A stretch of 37,007 nucleotides of DNA from a bacterium (GTDB lineage: Bacteria; ARS69): positions 1 through 37,007 of the forward strand of contig JALGZO010000510.1 of assembly GCA_025774865.1 (NCBI GenBank), written 5' to 3'. The position numbers were made by a program, and so were the translations under genes. The notes under the pieces are model-generated. The model was not told the DNA's origin. It did not search any database and saw nothing but the letters and a program-made list of their open reading frames with translations. Positions 36,700-37,007 of this stretch are shown piece by piece (within the stretch, counting starts at the first letter, position 1; the number at the start of each line of letters is the position of its first letter).

Positions 36700-37007
36700 T
36701 CACCCGGTTCCCGTCGCGGCCGCGGCAAACTCCGGAGTGGATCCGACGCGCCCGCCGCTTGTCTCGAACAGCCGCAGGAGCTCACTGACGCTGCGGCGAA
36801 CGTCGAAGAGGTTCCGCACCCGACTCCGGCCGGCGCGCCCGAGCGATTGGCGGAGGCCGGGGGACTCGGCCAGAGACGCGAGGACGTCGGCCAGGAGATC
36901 GGGCCGGTCTGGGGGTACCAGCAGCCCGGTTTCGTTGGCGCCGGCGATCTCCGGAATGCCGGTCACGGGGGTCGAGACGAAAGGGGTCTCGAGCGCCATG
37001 GCCTCGA
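36700..37007 (-). CDS. Glycosyltransferase (GT-B family), C-terminal fragment; gene continues beyond the window end
   Basis: The frame stays open through 37007. ...EAMALETPFVSTPVTGIPEIAGANETGLLVPP... is the conserved GT1/GT4 C-terminal nucleotide-sugar-binding block. Its stop is 4 nt before the next ATG. Confidence 0.7.
   Translation of the reverse strand, partial: EAMALETPFVSTPVTGIPEIAGANETGLLVPPDRPDLLADVLASLAESPGLRQSLGRAGRSRVRNLFDVRRSVSELLRLFETSGGRVGSTPEFAAAATGTG

Overview
High-GC (about 70% by eye) bacterial chromosomal window, almost entirely coding. I found no rRNA, tRNA, CRISPR array, transposase, integrase or phage gene.

Layout:
(A) nt 2-2307, + strand: the 3' part of an outer-membrane beta-barrel gene, then a glutaminyl-cyclase-like M28 lipoprotein followed by a clean intrinsic terminator.
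(B) nt 2410-13708, + strand: a classical, tightly packed translation/RNA-maturation super-operon (rimP-nusA-ylxR-ylxQ-infB-DUF503-rbfA-nrnA-truB-ribF, then rpsO-pnp).
(C) nt 13722-16693, - strand: a coupled pair, a DUF4388/PATAN-like protein with a TM helix and a pseudopilin-like tail, plus a TPR/6-Cys polytopic membrane protein.
(D) nt 16909-20333, + strand: a Na/Pi-cotransporter/PhoU fusion with an extra N-terminal Ig-like domain, start/stop-overlapped with asnS.
(E) nt 20436-37007, all on the - strand: the accessory part and the most interesting region. Read 5'->3' on the - strand it runs: glycosyltransferase (partial), GT4 glycosyltransferase, MsbA-type ABC exporter, two paralogous kinase-fold proteins, and an AlgE-type outer-membrane barrel. 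These are linked by ATGA/GTGA start-stop overlaps. Next come two tandem secreted proteins, each with five ~89-aa CarboxypepD_reg-like repeats, most carrying acidic motifs, and a T9SS/FlgD-Ig-type C-terminal sorting domain. Then an alkaline-phosphatase-superfamily (sulfatase-like) enzyme. After a 135-nt gap come a giant TPR/FG-GAP/ASPIC (CRTAC1-like) protein and a coupled glycerophosphodiester phosphodiesterase.

My best candidate for an undescribed system is this GT / ABC / dual-kinase / AlgE-porin / repeat-cargo cluster. I read it as a non-canonical envelope-spanning pathway for a phosphorylated surface glycan and its associated surface proteins. That reading is inference from domain content and gene coupling, not a demonstrated function. 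The very long ORFs antisense to real genes are judged to be GC-bias artefacts.
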